Shown here piece by piece: positions 35,301 through 46,821 of a stretch of DNA of 64,000 nt (within the stretch, counting starts at the first letter, position 1; every line of letters begins with the position of its first letter). The DNA is from Macrostomum lignano. Taxonomy: Eukaryota. The position numbers and the translations under genes are program-made. Location: contig NIVC01000721.1 of assembly GCA_002269645.1 (NCBI GenBank), forward strand, positions 105,968-169,967. The letters are read 5' to 3'. The notes beneath the pieces are model-generated. The model did not search any database, was not told the origin of the DNA, and was given only the letters and a program-made list of their open reading frames with translations.

Positions 35301-37623
35301 ATGCTGAGGGGAATGATACTGAGGGGGAATGATGCTGAGAGGGAATGATGCTGAGGGGAATGATACTGAGGGGGAATGATGCTGACGGGGGAATGATGCT
35401 GACGGGGGAATGATGCTGACGGGGGGGAATGATGCTGACGGGGGGAATGATGCTGACGGGGGAATGATGCTGGGAGGAAATGATGCTGAGAGGAGTGATG
35501 CTTAAGAGGTAATGGGGCAAATTGACTTAATTGTTTGTAGTTTAATTGCTGACCAGGGTTTCGGTGCAAATTGGATTTCTCCAAGGAGAATCCCATGATT
35601 GGGATTCCATTGGATGGGATTTTACTACGTTAGCCACAGTCGGCTTTTTCGAAAGAACTGTTGTAAAGAAACCAGCTACTGGTGTCCCAAATAATTCTGT
35701 ATTGTTAAATTAGGCAATATATGACTCGTTTTACTAGAAATCCGTCTTTAGAAGGCCTGACTGTCGAGTTCATAAATTTTGTTTCTTAGGAACCTACCTT
35801 TAAAAAAGTCGGCCTTCAAAATCTTCGTGACATCTACTAATAAGTAGTAACCGCCTGTATTTCAGGTTCGCGCCAACCTATTGGACCTATTAGCGAGCCT
35901 GTTTCAGGGCTCGAAAGCTTTTCTGCTTCTAGCCGAAGATTTCGGCGTCCCAAGACCGCTTTCACCCCGCTGTCCACCCGGCTGGCCGGCTCGCTCCGGG
36001 AGATGCACAGGCAGATTCTGCAGGCTCTGCTAGCCGAGCGGAGCCAGGCAACTCAGGCCCAGCTGCTGCGCTGCGTTGGTCAACTGGCCGGAAATGTGCC
36101 CTACCAGAAACTGCGCCCGGGCCTCGTCACCAAGATTTTCAAGGTGGGAGGCCGACTCGGTGTCGCGTGATTTAGTTACTAGCGGGATCCTTGCTGACCA
36201 ACCTGCCTGTGGCTTCAAGATTCAGATGGGATTCCCGTTGCCTCTTCTCACTGAGGCTTCAGCATTCAGATGGGATTCCCGTTGCCTCTTCTCACTGAGG
36301 CTTCAGCATTCAGATGGGATTCCCGTTGCCTCTTCTCACTGAGGCTTCAGCATTCAGATGGGATTCCCGTTGCCTCTTCTCACTGAGGCTTCAGCATTCA
36401 GATGGGATTCCCGTTGCCTCTTCTCACTGAGGCTTCAGCATTCAGATGGGATTCCCGTTACCTCTTCTCAGTGAGGCTTCAGCATTCAGATGGGATTCCC
36501 GTTGCCTCTTCTCACTGAGGCTTCAGCATTCAGATGGGATTCCCGTTGCCTCTTCTCACTGAGGCTTCAGCATTCAGATGGGATTCCCGTTACCTCTTCT
36601 CAGTGAGGCTTCAGCATTCAGATGGGATTCCCGTTGCCTCTTCTCAGTGAGGCTTCAGCATTCAGATGGGATTCCCGTTACCACTTCTCCCTGAGGCTTC
36701 AGGATTTAAATGGGATTCCCGTTGCCTTCTCTCTCTGAGGCGTCAGGATTCAGACGGGATTCCCGCTACTTCCCCTGCCTGAAGCTTCGGAGCTGTGAAT
36801 TGACGTTCCTGTCATGCTCCTCGCAGCCATTCACTGAATCTTCAATCTTCGGCGTCATCTCAGGTGGCCTCCCCGTTTCTCCTGTCCGAATCGCCGGACG
36901 TGAAATCGGCCGCCCTGCAGTGCTTCGGCCAGCTGGCCTCGCTCGAAGGCCCCGCGTTCGAGGTGTCCCACTGCCTTCTGCAGGACTGCCTCCGCTCGCC
37001 CGCCGCCTCGCCCATGCTCACCGGATTTCACACGCCTCTGCTGGGACCGCAAACTGCGCCGTTCGAGTCCTCCTGGCTGGTGCAGCACTGCCTGCGGGTG
37101 GCGCATCCTAGGGGCGACGGCTGGCAGGTCGGCTGCTGATCTATTCGTCTGTGTGTCTGTCTGTGTGTCTATTTGTTTGTCTGTCTGTCTCTGTGTGTGT
37201 GTGTGTGTGTCTATTTGTTTGTCTGTCTGTCTCTGTGTGTGTGTCTGTGTGTCTATTTGTTTGTCTGTCTGTCTCTGTATGTGTGTGTCTGTGTGTCTAT
37301 TTGTTTGTCTGTCTGTCTCTGTGTGTGTGTGTCTGTTTGTCTATTTGTTTGTGTCTGTCTCTGTGTGTGTGTGTCTGTGTCTATTTGTATTTCTGTCCTT
37401 CTCTGTTTGTGTGTGTGTCTGTGTGTCTGTCTGTGTGTCTATTTGTTTGTCTATCTGTCTGTGTGTGTGTGTGTGTCTGTGTGTCTATTTGTTTGTCTGT
37501 CTGTCTCTGTGTGTGTGTGTGTCTGTGTGTCTGTCTGTGTGTCTATTTGTTTGTCTGTCTGTCTGTGTGTGTGTGTCTGTGTGTCTATTTGTTTGTCTGT
37601 CTGTCTCTGTGTGTGTGCCTGCC

Positions 37624-37692
<69 letters not shown>

Positions 37693-40600
37693 TAGTGTCT
37701 GTCTTTCTGTCTTAGTGTCTGTCTTTCTGTCTCTGTGTGTATGTGTGTGTGTCTGTCTGTATGTCTGTCTGTCTGTCTGTCAATAACAAGCCCTAATCGC
37801 TTAACCCCACAGAATGATGACACCCCATCGGGGTCAGCGGCAGCAGCAGCCGGGCAGTCCCAGCAGCAGGCGGCCCTAGAGCCAACCGCAGTTCGCGTGG
37901 AGGCCCTCGCCACCCTGCGCTGGCTGGTGCTCCGCTACTGGAACTTTGTCAGCCCAGTGTCTGAGCAGCTCCGCCTTACTCTGCAGCTCTGCCTGCTGCC
38001 CGAGTCCAACCGGGCCGTCCGCGCCGCCTCGGTCCGCGCTCTCGACGCTCTGCTGACCTCGCTGCCGCCCGCGGAGGCTGCCGCCCCTGTCTGGTCGGCC
38101 TTCCTGCCAGCCCTGCTGTCCTGCCTGCAACCGGCCGCCCACTACAGCGTCCGCTCCGCCGCTGCCGAATGCCTCGCGCTGCTTGACGACGCTTCGTCGG
38201 CCAATCTACCGTCCGAGCTACTCGGCGACGCCTTCCAGGCCCTGCTGGCGCTCTGCCAGGACGGCCTCAACACTGTCCGAGCCGCCGCTGTTCGAGCTCT
38301 GGGCGCCTGGACTGCTCTTAGTCCAATTCGATTCGAGAATAATGGCCGAAGACTGCTGGCGCTGGTCTGGCGCTTTGCCGACCTGTGCGCCGGCATCGAG
38401 TCGCTTGTGGTGCGCGCCCAGGCCGCCTGGTCGCTGGCTCAGGTTGGCAGTTATTACCTTTATTGTCATTATTTCCGTTGCTGTGACCCTTTTGTCCCCT
38501 TTCTAATTGTCATTCATGTTCCCGATGTACTTTCTCCCCCATCTACCCGGTGTACTTTCTCCCCCCCCCATCTACCCGGTGTACTTCCCCCCCATCTACC
38601 CGGTTTACTTTCTCCCCCCCCATCTACCCGGTGTACTTTCTCCCCCCATCTACCCGGTGTGCTTTCTCCCCCATCTACCCGGTGTACTTTCTCCCCCCAT
38701 CTACCCGGTGTACTTTCTCCCCCCATCTACCCGGTGTCTCCCCCTATCTACCTGGTGTACTTTCTTCCTAACTACCTACCCGGTTCCGCGTCCCACAGGC
38801 CTCGGAGGCTCTCCTAGCCCTGTCCGATCAGTCGCGCTATCCGCCGTCGCCGCCGTTGCTATCCGAGGCCGATCTAGTTCGCCTATTCCTAGCCGGCATG
38901 AATCTCTGCGCTGATGCGCCAAAAGTTCGAGAAAATGCCGCCCGCCTATTGGGCAATTTGTTCTGCCTGGCTGCGCTGTGCTCGGACTATTTGGAATCGG
39001 CGGCTAGCGGCAGCGGAGGCAGAGGCCACCTGCGGGCCTGCATGGAGCAGGCAGCCACCGGGCTGGCCAACCTCGTGACGCCGGGCGGCGCCGACTCGGC
39101 CAGCGCCAGGGTCCGGTGGAACGCCTCGCTGGCTATCCGGTGCGCCTTTGGCCGCCTGCCAGTTGGAGAGCCTTGGACTCTGTGCCTGCACTCCGCCCTG
39201 CTAGGTGCACTGCAATCCGATAAGTACTTCAAGGTGAGGGAGGCTTAGTTCTGTAATCCTGACCCCAGGGTCCGTGACCCCAGGCGGGTACCTGACCCCA
39301 GGGTCCGTGACCCCAGGCGGGTACCTGACCCCAGGGTCCGTGACCCCAGGCGGGTACCTGACCCCAGGGTCCGTTACCGCTGGGTCCCTGACCCCTAGGT
39401 CCCTGACCGCTGGGTCCCTGACCCCTGGGTCCCTGACCCCTAGGCCCTGACCCCTAGGCCCTGACCCCTAGGCCCTGACCCCTAGGCCCTGACCCCTAGG
39501 TCCCTGACCCCTGGGTCCCTCACCCCTAGGTCCCTGACCCCTGGGTCCCTGACCCCTGAGTCCCTGACCCCTGGGTCCCTGACTCCTGGGTCCCTGACTC
39601 CTGGGTCCCTGACCCCTAGGCCCTGACCCCTAGGTCCCTGACCCCTGGGTCCCTGACCCCTGGGTCCCTGACCCCTGGGTCCCTGACCCCTGAGTCCCTG
39701 ACCCCTGGGTCCCTGACTCCTGGGTCCCTGACTCCTGGGTCCCTGACCCCTAGGCCCTGACCCCTAGGTCCCTGACCCCTGGGTCCCTGACCCCTGGGTC
39801 CCTGACCCCTGGGTCCCTGACCCCTGGGTCCCTGACCCCTGGGTCCCTGACCCCTGGGTCCCTGACCCCTGGGTCCCTGACCCCTGGGTCCCTGACCCCT
39901 GGGTCCCTGACCCCTGGGTCCCTGACCCCTGGGTCCCTGACCCCTGGGTCCCTGACCCCTGGGTCCCTGACCCCTGGGTCCCTGACCCCTGGGTCCCTGA
40001 CCCCTGGGTCCCTGACCCCTGGGTCCCTGACCCCTGAGTCCCTGACCCCTGGGTCCCTGACTCCTGGGTCCCTGACTCCTGGGTCCCTGACCCCTAGGCC
40101 CTGACCCCTAGGTCCCTGACCCCTGGGTCCCTGACCCCTGGGTCCCTGATCCCTGGGTCCCTGATCCCTGGGTCCCTGATCCCTGGGTCCCTGACCCCTG
40201 GGTCCCTGACCCCTGGGTCCCTGACCCCTGGGTCCCTGACTCCTGGGTCCCTGACTCCTGGGTCCCTGACCCCTAGGCCCTGACCCCTAGGTCCCTGACC
40301 CCTGGGTCCCTGATCCCTGGGTCCCTGACCCCTGGGTCCCTGACCCCTGGGTCCCTGACCCCTGAGTCCCTGACCCCTGGGTCCCTGACTCCTGGGTCCC
40401 TGACTCCTGGGTCCCTGACCCCTAGGCCCTGACCCCTAGGTCCCTGACCCCTGGGTCCCTGACCCCTGGGTCCCTGACCCCTGGGTCCCTGACCCCTGAG
40501 TCCCTGACCCCTGGGTCCCTGACTCCTGGGTCCCTGACTCCTGGGTCCCTGACCCCTAGGCCCTGACCCCTGGGTCCCTGACTCCTGGGTCCCTGACCCC

Positions 40601-42052
40601 TAGGCCCTGACCCCTGGGTCCCTGACCCCTAGGTCCCTGACCCCTGGGTCCCTGACTCCTGGGTCCCTGACTCCTGGGTCCCTGACCCCTAGGCCCTGAC
40701 CCCTAGGCCCTGACCCCTAGGTCCCTGACCCCTGGGTCCCTGACCCCTAGGTCCCTGACCCCTGGGTCCCTGACCCCTGGGTCCCTGACCCCTGAGTCCC
40801 TGACTCCTGGGTCCCTGACTCCTGGGTCCCTGACCCCTAGGCCCTGACCCCTAGGCCCTGACCCCTAGGTCCCTGACCCCTGGGTCCCTGACCCCTGGGT
40901 CCCTGATCCCTGGGTCCCTGACCCCTGGGTCCCTGACCCCTAGGTCCCTGACCCCTGGATCCCTGACCTCTAGGTTTTGGGGCCCTGACCATAGGTATCA
41001 TCGTCAGGCTGTGCACATCAAGCCCTAGGCCAACTGATGTGGAATCGAACCCAAGTGACTTTGCACCGGTACTCAATCTCTACACTTTAATGCTATGCGA
41101 TTAATCTAGCATCTTACTCTCTAATACAGGAGTCGGCAAGCTCAGGTCTCTATCCTTCCCCCAAGTTTGTCTTTTCTCTCCTCTCCCCTTTTCCCCTCAT
41201 CTCTCCTCTCCCCTTTTCCCCTCATCTCTCCTCTCCCCCCTCTCTTCTCTCCTCTCCTCTCTCCTTTCCTCTCCTCTCTCACCTGGCCCTCATCCATACG
41301 CCATATTCATCTATCTGACCCTTGAAGTAAAAGAAATTTTACCGACCCCTGCTATAAAACTACCGTTTAAACACTTTTGCCAGGTTAAAATCCACGCCGC
41401 CTGCGCGCTGCTCACCCTGCAAGAGCGGCGCCAATTCGGCGATCTGGCCGCCGCCTCCGAGCAGCAGCCCAGCAACCCGATGGCTCGCCTGATCGGCTCG
41501 GTGATTGGCTGCGCCCGCCACGTCCGCTCCATGGACATCCCGTTCAGCGAGCAGACTCACAAGACCGTGCTGGACTACCTGCTCTGCCTGCTGCTGCTGC
41601 GAGCCTGCTCTCTGCTATCGCCCGGCGATGCCGACGCTGTGTCGCCCTTGCTAAGCGACGTTGCTAATGACGCTAGCGGCGAGATCGGGCCGATAGATTT
41701 GCTGGCCAGTCAGCTTAGCCGGCTGTGGACAGCGCAGGCCGCTTTGGTCTGGGACAGCGGCGCCCAGGTCCGCCAGGCCTTCTTCCTTGGCCGCGGCGGC
41801 GGCTCGTCCGCCTCTTTGTCGACGTCGACAACTTCGACTGGCGCCGCTGCCGCCCTGCTTGAACCGGATTTCGCTGTCGAAGCGTTGGACGCAGCCGAGG
41901 CGAATCTGACGGCGGCGGCCGGTGCTGCTGCGGGCATCGGTGGCGGCGGCGACTGCTGCCAACGTCTGCTGGAGCTGCTGGCTGGCGCCCGCGCTGAGCA
42001 GGCGCTGCACGCCACCTCGTTGGCGTCGGCCTTTAGACAGACCTACGACTGA
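29363..42052 (+). CDS. HEATR6: HEAT repeat-containing protein 6. Exons: 29363/30163-30440 (start uncertain), 30580-30940, 31775-32277, 33687-34033, 34128-34318, 35866-36143 (1-nt frameshift at about 35941), 36864-37127, 37813-38442, 38799-39233, 41384-42052
   Basis: Motifs AFTPLS...[61 protein letters not shown] and YFKVKIHAA match HEATR6/DUF4042. All listed internal GT-AG junctions are phase-compatible. Met 30611 is an alternative start. Confidence 0.88.
29366..30170. repeat. 23-bp minisatellite ([T/C]CATTCCCAGTGCAGCATAGAGG, 35 copies) starting immediately after the putative HEATR6 ATG
   Basis: The last unit starts at 30148 = 29366 + 34x23. Confidence 0.97.
31020..31612. repeat. About 23-bp minisatellite (GAGGGTGTTGCTAAGGGTGGTTT) in a HEATR6 intron
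   Basis: Read directly. Confidence 0.93.
32325..33595. repeat. 24-bp minisatellite (TGAGAATCGCCCCTACACCGCCCC) with a 21-bp variant block, in a HEATR6 intron
   Basis: Read directly; explains the LRIAPTPP and GGVGAILR ORFs. Confidence 0.97.
34335..35680. repeat. 15-16 bp minisatellite (GGGGAATGATGCTGA) plus a duplicated unique block of about 205 bp (35076-35280 and 35472-35676), in a HEATR6 intron
   Basis: Read directly. Confidence 0.93.
36222..36770. repeat. 44-bp minisatellite (GATGGGATTCCCGTTGCCTCTTCTCACTGAGGCTTCAGCATTCA) in a HEATR6 intron
   Basis: Read directly. Confidence 0.95.
37148..37780. repeat. Compound (TG)n/(TCTG)n microsatellite in a HEATR6 intron
   Basis: Read directly. Confidence 0.97.
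38520..38785. repeat. About 26-bp minisatellite (CCATCTACCCGGTGTACTTTCTCCCC) in a HEATR6 intron
   Basis: Read directly. Confidence 0.92.
39258..40990. repeat. 15-bp minisatellite (GGGTCCCTGACCCCT, more than 100 copies with higher-order variant blocks) in the last HEATR6 intron
   Basis: Read directly. Confidence 0.97.
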
Positions 42053-42132
42053 GGGGAGGGGGGTTAGTGAGGAATTTAAATTTATAGTGGCAGTGTGTGG
42101 ATTCGTAAATAGGCGGTTTTTTGTTTCGACAT

Positions 42133-42508
42133 TGGCAGTTTGTGGATTGTAAAATTGGCAGTTTGTGGATTCTGTAATTGGCAGTTTGTGGATTTTAAAA
42201 CTAGCAGTTTGTGGATTCTGTAATTGGCAGTTTGTGGATTCTGTAATAGGCAGTTTGTGGATTCTGTAATTGGCAGTTTGTGGATTGTAAAATTGGCAGT
42301 TTGTGGATTGTAAAATTGGCAGTTTGTGGATTCTGTAATTGGCAGTTTGTGGATTCTGTAATTGGCAGTATGTCGAATGCGAAATTTGCAGTTTGTGGAT
42401 TCTGAAGTTGGCAGTCTGTGGATTCTGTAATTGGCAGTTTGTGGATTGTAAAATTAGCAGTTTGTGGATTCTGTAATTGGCAGTTTGTGGATTCTGTAAT
42501 TGGCAGTT
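42133..42508. repeat. 23-bp minisatellite (ATTGGCAGTTTGTGGATTCTGTA) just 3' of the HEATR6 stop
   Basis: Read directly. Confidence 0.93.
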
Positions 42509-42999
42509 TACCGGTTACGAATCGGTAGATTCTTAATTAGCAGCTAAGTGTGCACTTAGACATCTGTAGTTCACAGTTCAGTCCCTGCCAAGGCCTGAAA
42601 TCTTTCCAATGCCGAGTTATTTCAACCTTTGTTTGTCATAGCCAGTAAATGACAAGTGCAAGGGTCTCAACAAGTACAGTGAATACACCCGAGTGCATTT
42701 TCTGTGCGCCATTCGCCGCTGCTTTTCCCGCTAAAATTACTTTCTTAAATAACTAGGAGTATTGCATGTACGTGTAGCAAGTCTGTATTTGAATATTTCA
42801 CGGAGGTTTTTAAGACTTGTCTTGATTCCTATATATCCATATGTCCTGTTTTGTTTATTACTTAATAGCTAGCCAGGCTTATTATTTTGTTTAACTTATT
42901 ATTTTCCATATTTACAAACTTATATTCAATGCTGCCTGTCACCTGTTGTGCCTGACAACTAAACTCTCTCAGATGCTTTCTCACTGATGTACTGCAAAT

Positions 43000-44506
43000 T
43001 AGGGGGCGACCCAGTCCCGGGCCCGGGCCCGAAAAGTCGGGAATCCCGACCAAAATCGTGGCCCGACCCGGGCCCGGGCCCGACCCTAAAAAAGTCGGGA
43101 AATCGGGACAAGTCTTTTTTCCCTAAAGGCACTAACCGCGTGCAAATAAGAATAAAATTATTTTTATTCACAGCACAGCACAACACTCAGTTAAGCATTG
43201 CATCAGCACTCAAGACTCAAGCACTGCACGACTGCAGTAATAGTAATAGATGATATGATGTGAAGTAGCAATATCATTGATTCGTAGTAGGCTCTAAGCG
43301 TGAGCGTCTGTGACCGTGAGCGTCAGCCACAGCCAGTTTCCACTTTCCAGGAAGATCGGATTTTTTCCAGGAAGATAAAATTAAAACATAGTTGATGCAA
43401 TATTGATTCCACTTTACACGCTGCAGGCTGCAGCCTAAAAGCAAAAATATGATTCTTTAAAAAGTTGATTTGTCATTTTTAAGCTTTTGTAAATAACATT
43501 TCCTATTTACGTTCCAAGAAGTACCTATTAAGGGCCAAGGCTACCATTTTTCCAAGAAGTTTGCTATCTATCAGAGTTTGTAATCGTGTTCATATTTGTA
43601 TTGTATTCGTAGGTAGTTGTAGTTGTAGACTCAGTATCGTATTCGTAATCATATTCGTTTAGGTAGGTAGGTGAGCAGGTAGGCAGGTATCAGCTAATTA
43701 CTTGTATTTCCATTGTCTGTTTGCCTGTTCTGTTGAGACAGTTGAGTGTTGTGTTGTGTTGTCACTTCACTTGTGTTCTGTTCTGTTGTCTTGTCTTGTT
43801 GTCTTACTGAATACTGACTGTGTACATGGCTCTTTACATTGAAGCTATGTAAAGAAACTAAAAATTCAAATAAAAGAATCAATCAATTGATTTGGTTCTT
43901 ACTTCCTTACTGCTTCCAATGCCAAGTGCCTTACACTTAATGCTTCAGCTTTTCTTCTTTTTGCTTACTGCCACTGCCAGTGCCAGCTGCACTACCGCAG
44001 TGCCTGCTTGCCTACCTCACTGCCTGTTAAGTGTTAGTGTCACTGTCACTGGCACACACACAGTACTTGTGCCACACAGTGACATTGAATTTGAACTATT
44101 GAGTATATTGATATTTGAGTATTAAGTCTTTTAATGTAACTCTTATCTATTCTGAAGTCTTAACTAATGTATTAAATAAAAATAATATTTATTATATATT
44201 TAATATAATATATTATATTTATATATTATTATATATTTAATATATTTATATATTATAATATATTTAATGTTTATCATATATTTATTATACATTTAATATT
44301 ATATTAGATTTAATATATTAATATATTTATTATATATTTAATAGTAATCCGCATATGCTAAAAGTATTAAGATTTATTATGATTTTTTTCCAATTATTGA
44401 GCTGTCTTAAAGATCTTGTCCCGAATTCCCGAGGCCCGACCCGGGCCCGAGTCCTCATTCCCGGGCCCGACCCGGGCCCGACTTTGGCCGTCCCGGTCGC
44501 CCCCTA
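43000..44506. mobile_element. Non-autonomous hAT element
   Basis: TIRs TAGGGGGCGACC / GGTCGCCCCCTA, perfect 8-bp TSD CTGCAAAT, and subterminal CCCGGGCCCG arrays at both ends. Confidence 0.9.
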
Positions 44507-46821
44507 CTGCAAATATAATGCATTCACGCCTACAGGCACATGCATACACCTGTAACTCGCTACTGCTCAAAGGTAGCATTTCATTTTTCAAGGTTACATG
44601 TAGGTCCGTGATTAACTCTGGTACATAAAATTGCTTGGTCATGTTTTGGCTTGGTTATTTATGCATGTATTTCATAACTTCTGGGGCACTCTTGTGTAAG
44701 TATTAAGCTTTGTGTACAATGTTTTGCACAATGAAGACTGGTCCTCCGAGTTGTGACTTACAGCAGATAATTCAGTCAGCTGCTGTGTTAGGATTTACTA
44801 TAAAGTACTTGAAAATTACTTCATTTTCCACACGAAGTCTCCCAGCTCAGAGCTAGTGAGCCTATTAATTTACAAGTCGACCTATTAAACTATTCGCAGC
44901 TATACATAGTGCGACTGAATTTCAAAGAGCAAATGCTAGAAGCGACTAAAATACGTTTAAAGATACCCTCTGACATTTATTTGACCAAACTGTCGGGACC
45001 TTTCAGTTCGCCAGCAATAGAGGGTTCATCTAAAATCAGTTTACATATGGGACAAAGGAAAGGCGAGGACTAGGATTCAGGTTAATTTCTCACTCGGTTT
45101 TTGTGCCTTATTTTTTTCTACGGCAGTAACTATGCTTTTAAACAAACACTTACGTTACCAAAAATATTTTGTCATTTAAAATATACAAACAACCACACAT
45201 ACAGTTCATAGATATGGAATAAATATTAAATATTGCAATATTTACGAGTACTGTAATTCCTCTCGCACAAACTCCAGTTTCTGATCTGATATTTATATTG
45301 AGGTGGGGGTGGAGAAGTTTTAACAAGGTTTGAAATTTGGAGGTCGGCCGGTAATTCTTCGAAACCGGTAGCGTTGCGTTCGCACGAATAAAACCGGAAA
45401 ATCGCGCAGACGAATCACAACGAATTTCTTCTCCTTTTACTCCGACAGCCGGGGTCCTCAAATTCCGGGGGAGGGTAGTCGTAATCGTAGCAGAGCGGTC
45501 GTTAGAGCGGCACGGTCGTTCAGATGGTAGACACCGGAGATTGACACCGTAAAGTAATGTGTCGATTTGCAGAGCTGATTACTGTCAGTAGGGTAGTTGC
45601 TGCCACCACCGTAATTTACGTATTACGGAACTTTTAGTGATCTCAGAGCTTTCTTTGAGATGAGATTTCGGTTATTTTACGCCCCACAGGCAAAGGATTC
45701 AAGATAGGCTATGGCTTAAGTCAACGGAATAAATATTAAGCGTTAATTTGTTGTTATTTATTAAAGTAATTTGGTTATTAATTTTAAAGCAGGTTGTTTA
45801 TGGATTAATGAGTATTATAATGACGATGATGAATACACGGGCGCCGGTGCGCTAATAAACTAATAAATTAATGAACCGTAGAGATAAACAGACAAGATAG
45901 TGAGGGAGCGATCGCGCAAGAAGAAAAGTTAGAAAAATTGGCAACTGAGCATGAGTAGTTTATATAAGCAAAAGTAGGGCAACGTCCAAAGCATGGGGGA
46001 AAGATTAGCCAACAAGGGGGCCATACAATGGTTAAAGGAGTAATCACACAGAAAATATAAAATGAACCGCTTAATTCCAACTAATGAAAAGGCTGTTAGC
46101 CAACGATGGGAAACTGATTAGCAACGGTGGGTCCACACACGGGGCCAACAGGAGGAGGGGGGGTGATGTCATATAACAATGGTTGGACGCACGGGTTGGT
46201 ATTCACGAAGAAAAAAAAATACGGGCGCGCATTTAAAATGGAAAAAAATTATTAAAATAAAATTATTAAATGGTGGCAACCCCATTGCCACAATATCTTT
46301 TTACTAGAAAGATGATACCAAACTTCCGAAGACAAAATAACAAAATCTGTCACGTAAAATTTGGCATCAAGCCATGTGATAAAGTTTAGCATTGTGCTCT
46401 ACGTAGAGACGTAGCATGGTGTTTATGCTTTACTTGCTATTGATAAAGTCTTATTTAAGTAGGCCTATGAAAAGCTTGATGCAGAATATTTTCGAGTTAA
46501 TATTTGACCCAGTCCCAGGCCAGTGTTAAGCTGCTAAAAAAATAAAAAGGCCTAATATAAAGCCAATGCCAAAGACCACTGTGCCTTTGTAAGTGGGATG
46601 ATAATTTAGTTGCATCAAAAGCAATGTCTTGGGCCTATAAGATACTAATCAATAATATTAGTTCTAATACATTTTATGCTTGGCCTATTTTTCATTTTCT
46701 GTTAGCCTAGGCCTTGTAAAGTAATAAGTTTTTGGAAAGTTGCAAGTTGAAGGCCTATCTATTCTTACCTCTTAGTCTTACTAGCCTAAAGCTAGGGGCC
46801 TATATAGTATATATATTAAGA

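Noticed and set aside
1680-41076. Long repetitive ORFs (e.g. 2011-2512, 5277-5828, 6790-7722, 8385-9357, 26956-27600, 32772-33728, 33598-35200, 37151-37786)
   Set aside because: They are translations of tandem arrays lying in introns defined by in-phase GT-AG sites, often open in several frames and on both strands.
156-42052. Bacterial or horizontal origin of the GC-rich genes
   Set aside because: All are eukaryote-type genes, and four of the five have spliceosomal introns.
385-42152. Antisense and alternate-frame ORFs over the GC-rich exons (e.g. 399-734, 1388-1816, 6406-6810, 31781-32254)
   Set aside because: Expected shadows of high-GC coding sequence, with no recognisable motifs.
1825-42508. 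CRISPR-like appearance of the 23-44 bp arrays
   Set aside because: Units are head-to-tail with no unique spacers, there are no cas genes, and the context is eukaryotic introns.
45085-46300. Possible further LTR-element remnant (PBS-like motif at 45599 and a PPT-like purine run near 46150)
   Set aside because: The two signals imply opposite orientations, and no LTR pair, TSD or coding remnant could be defined.
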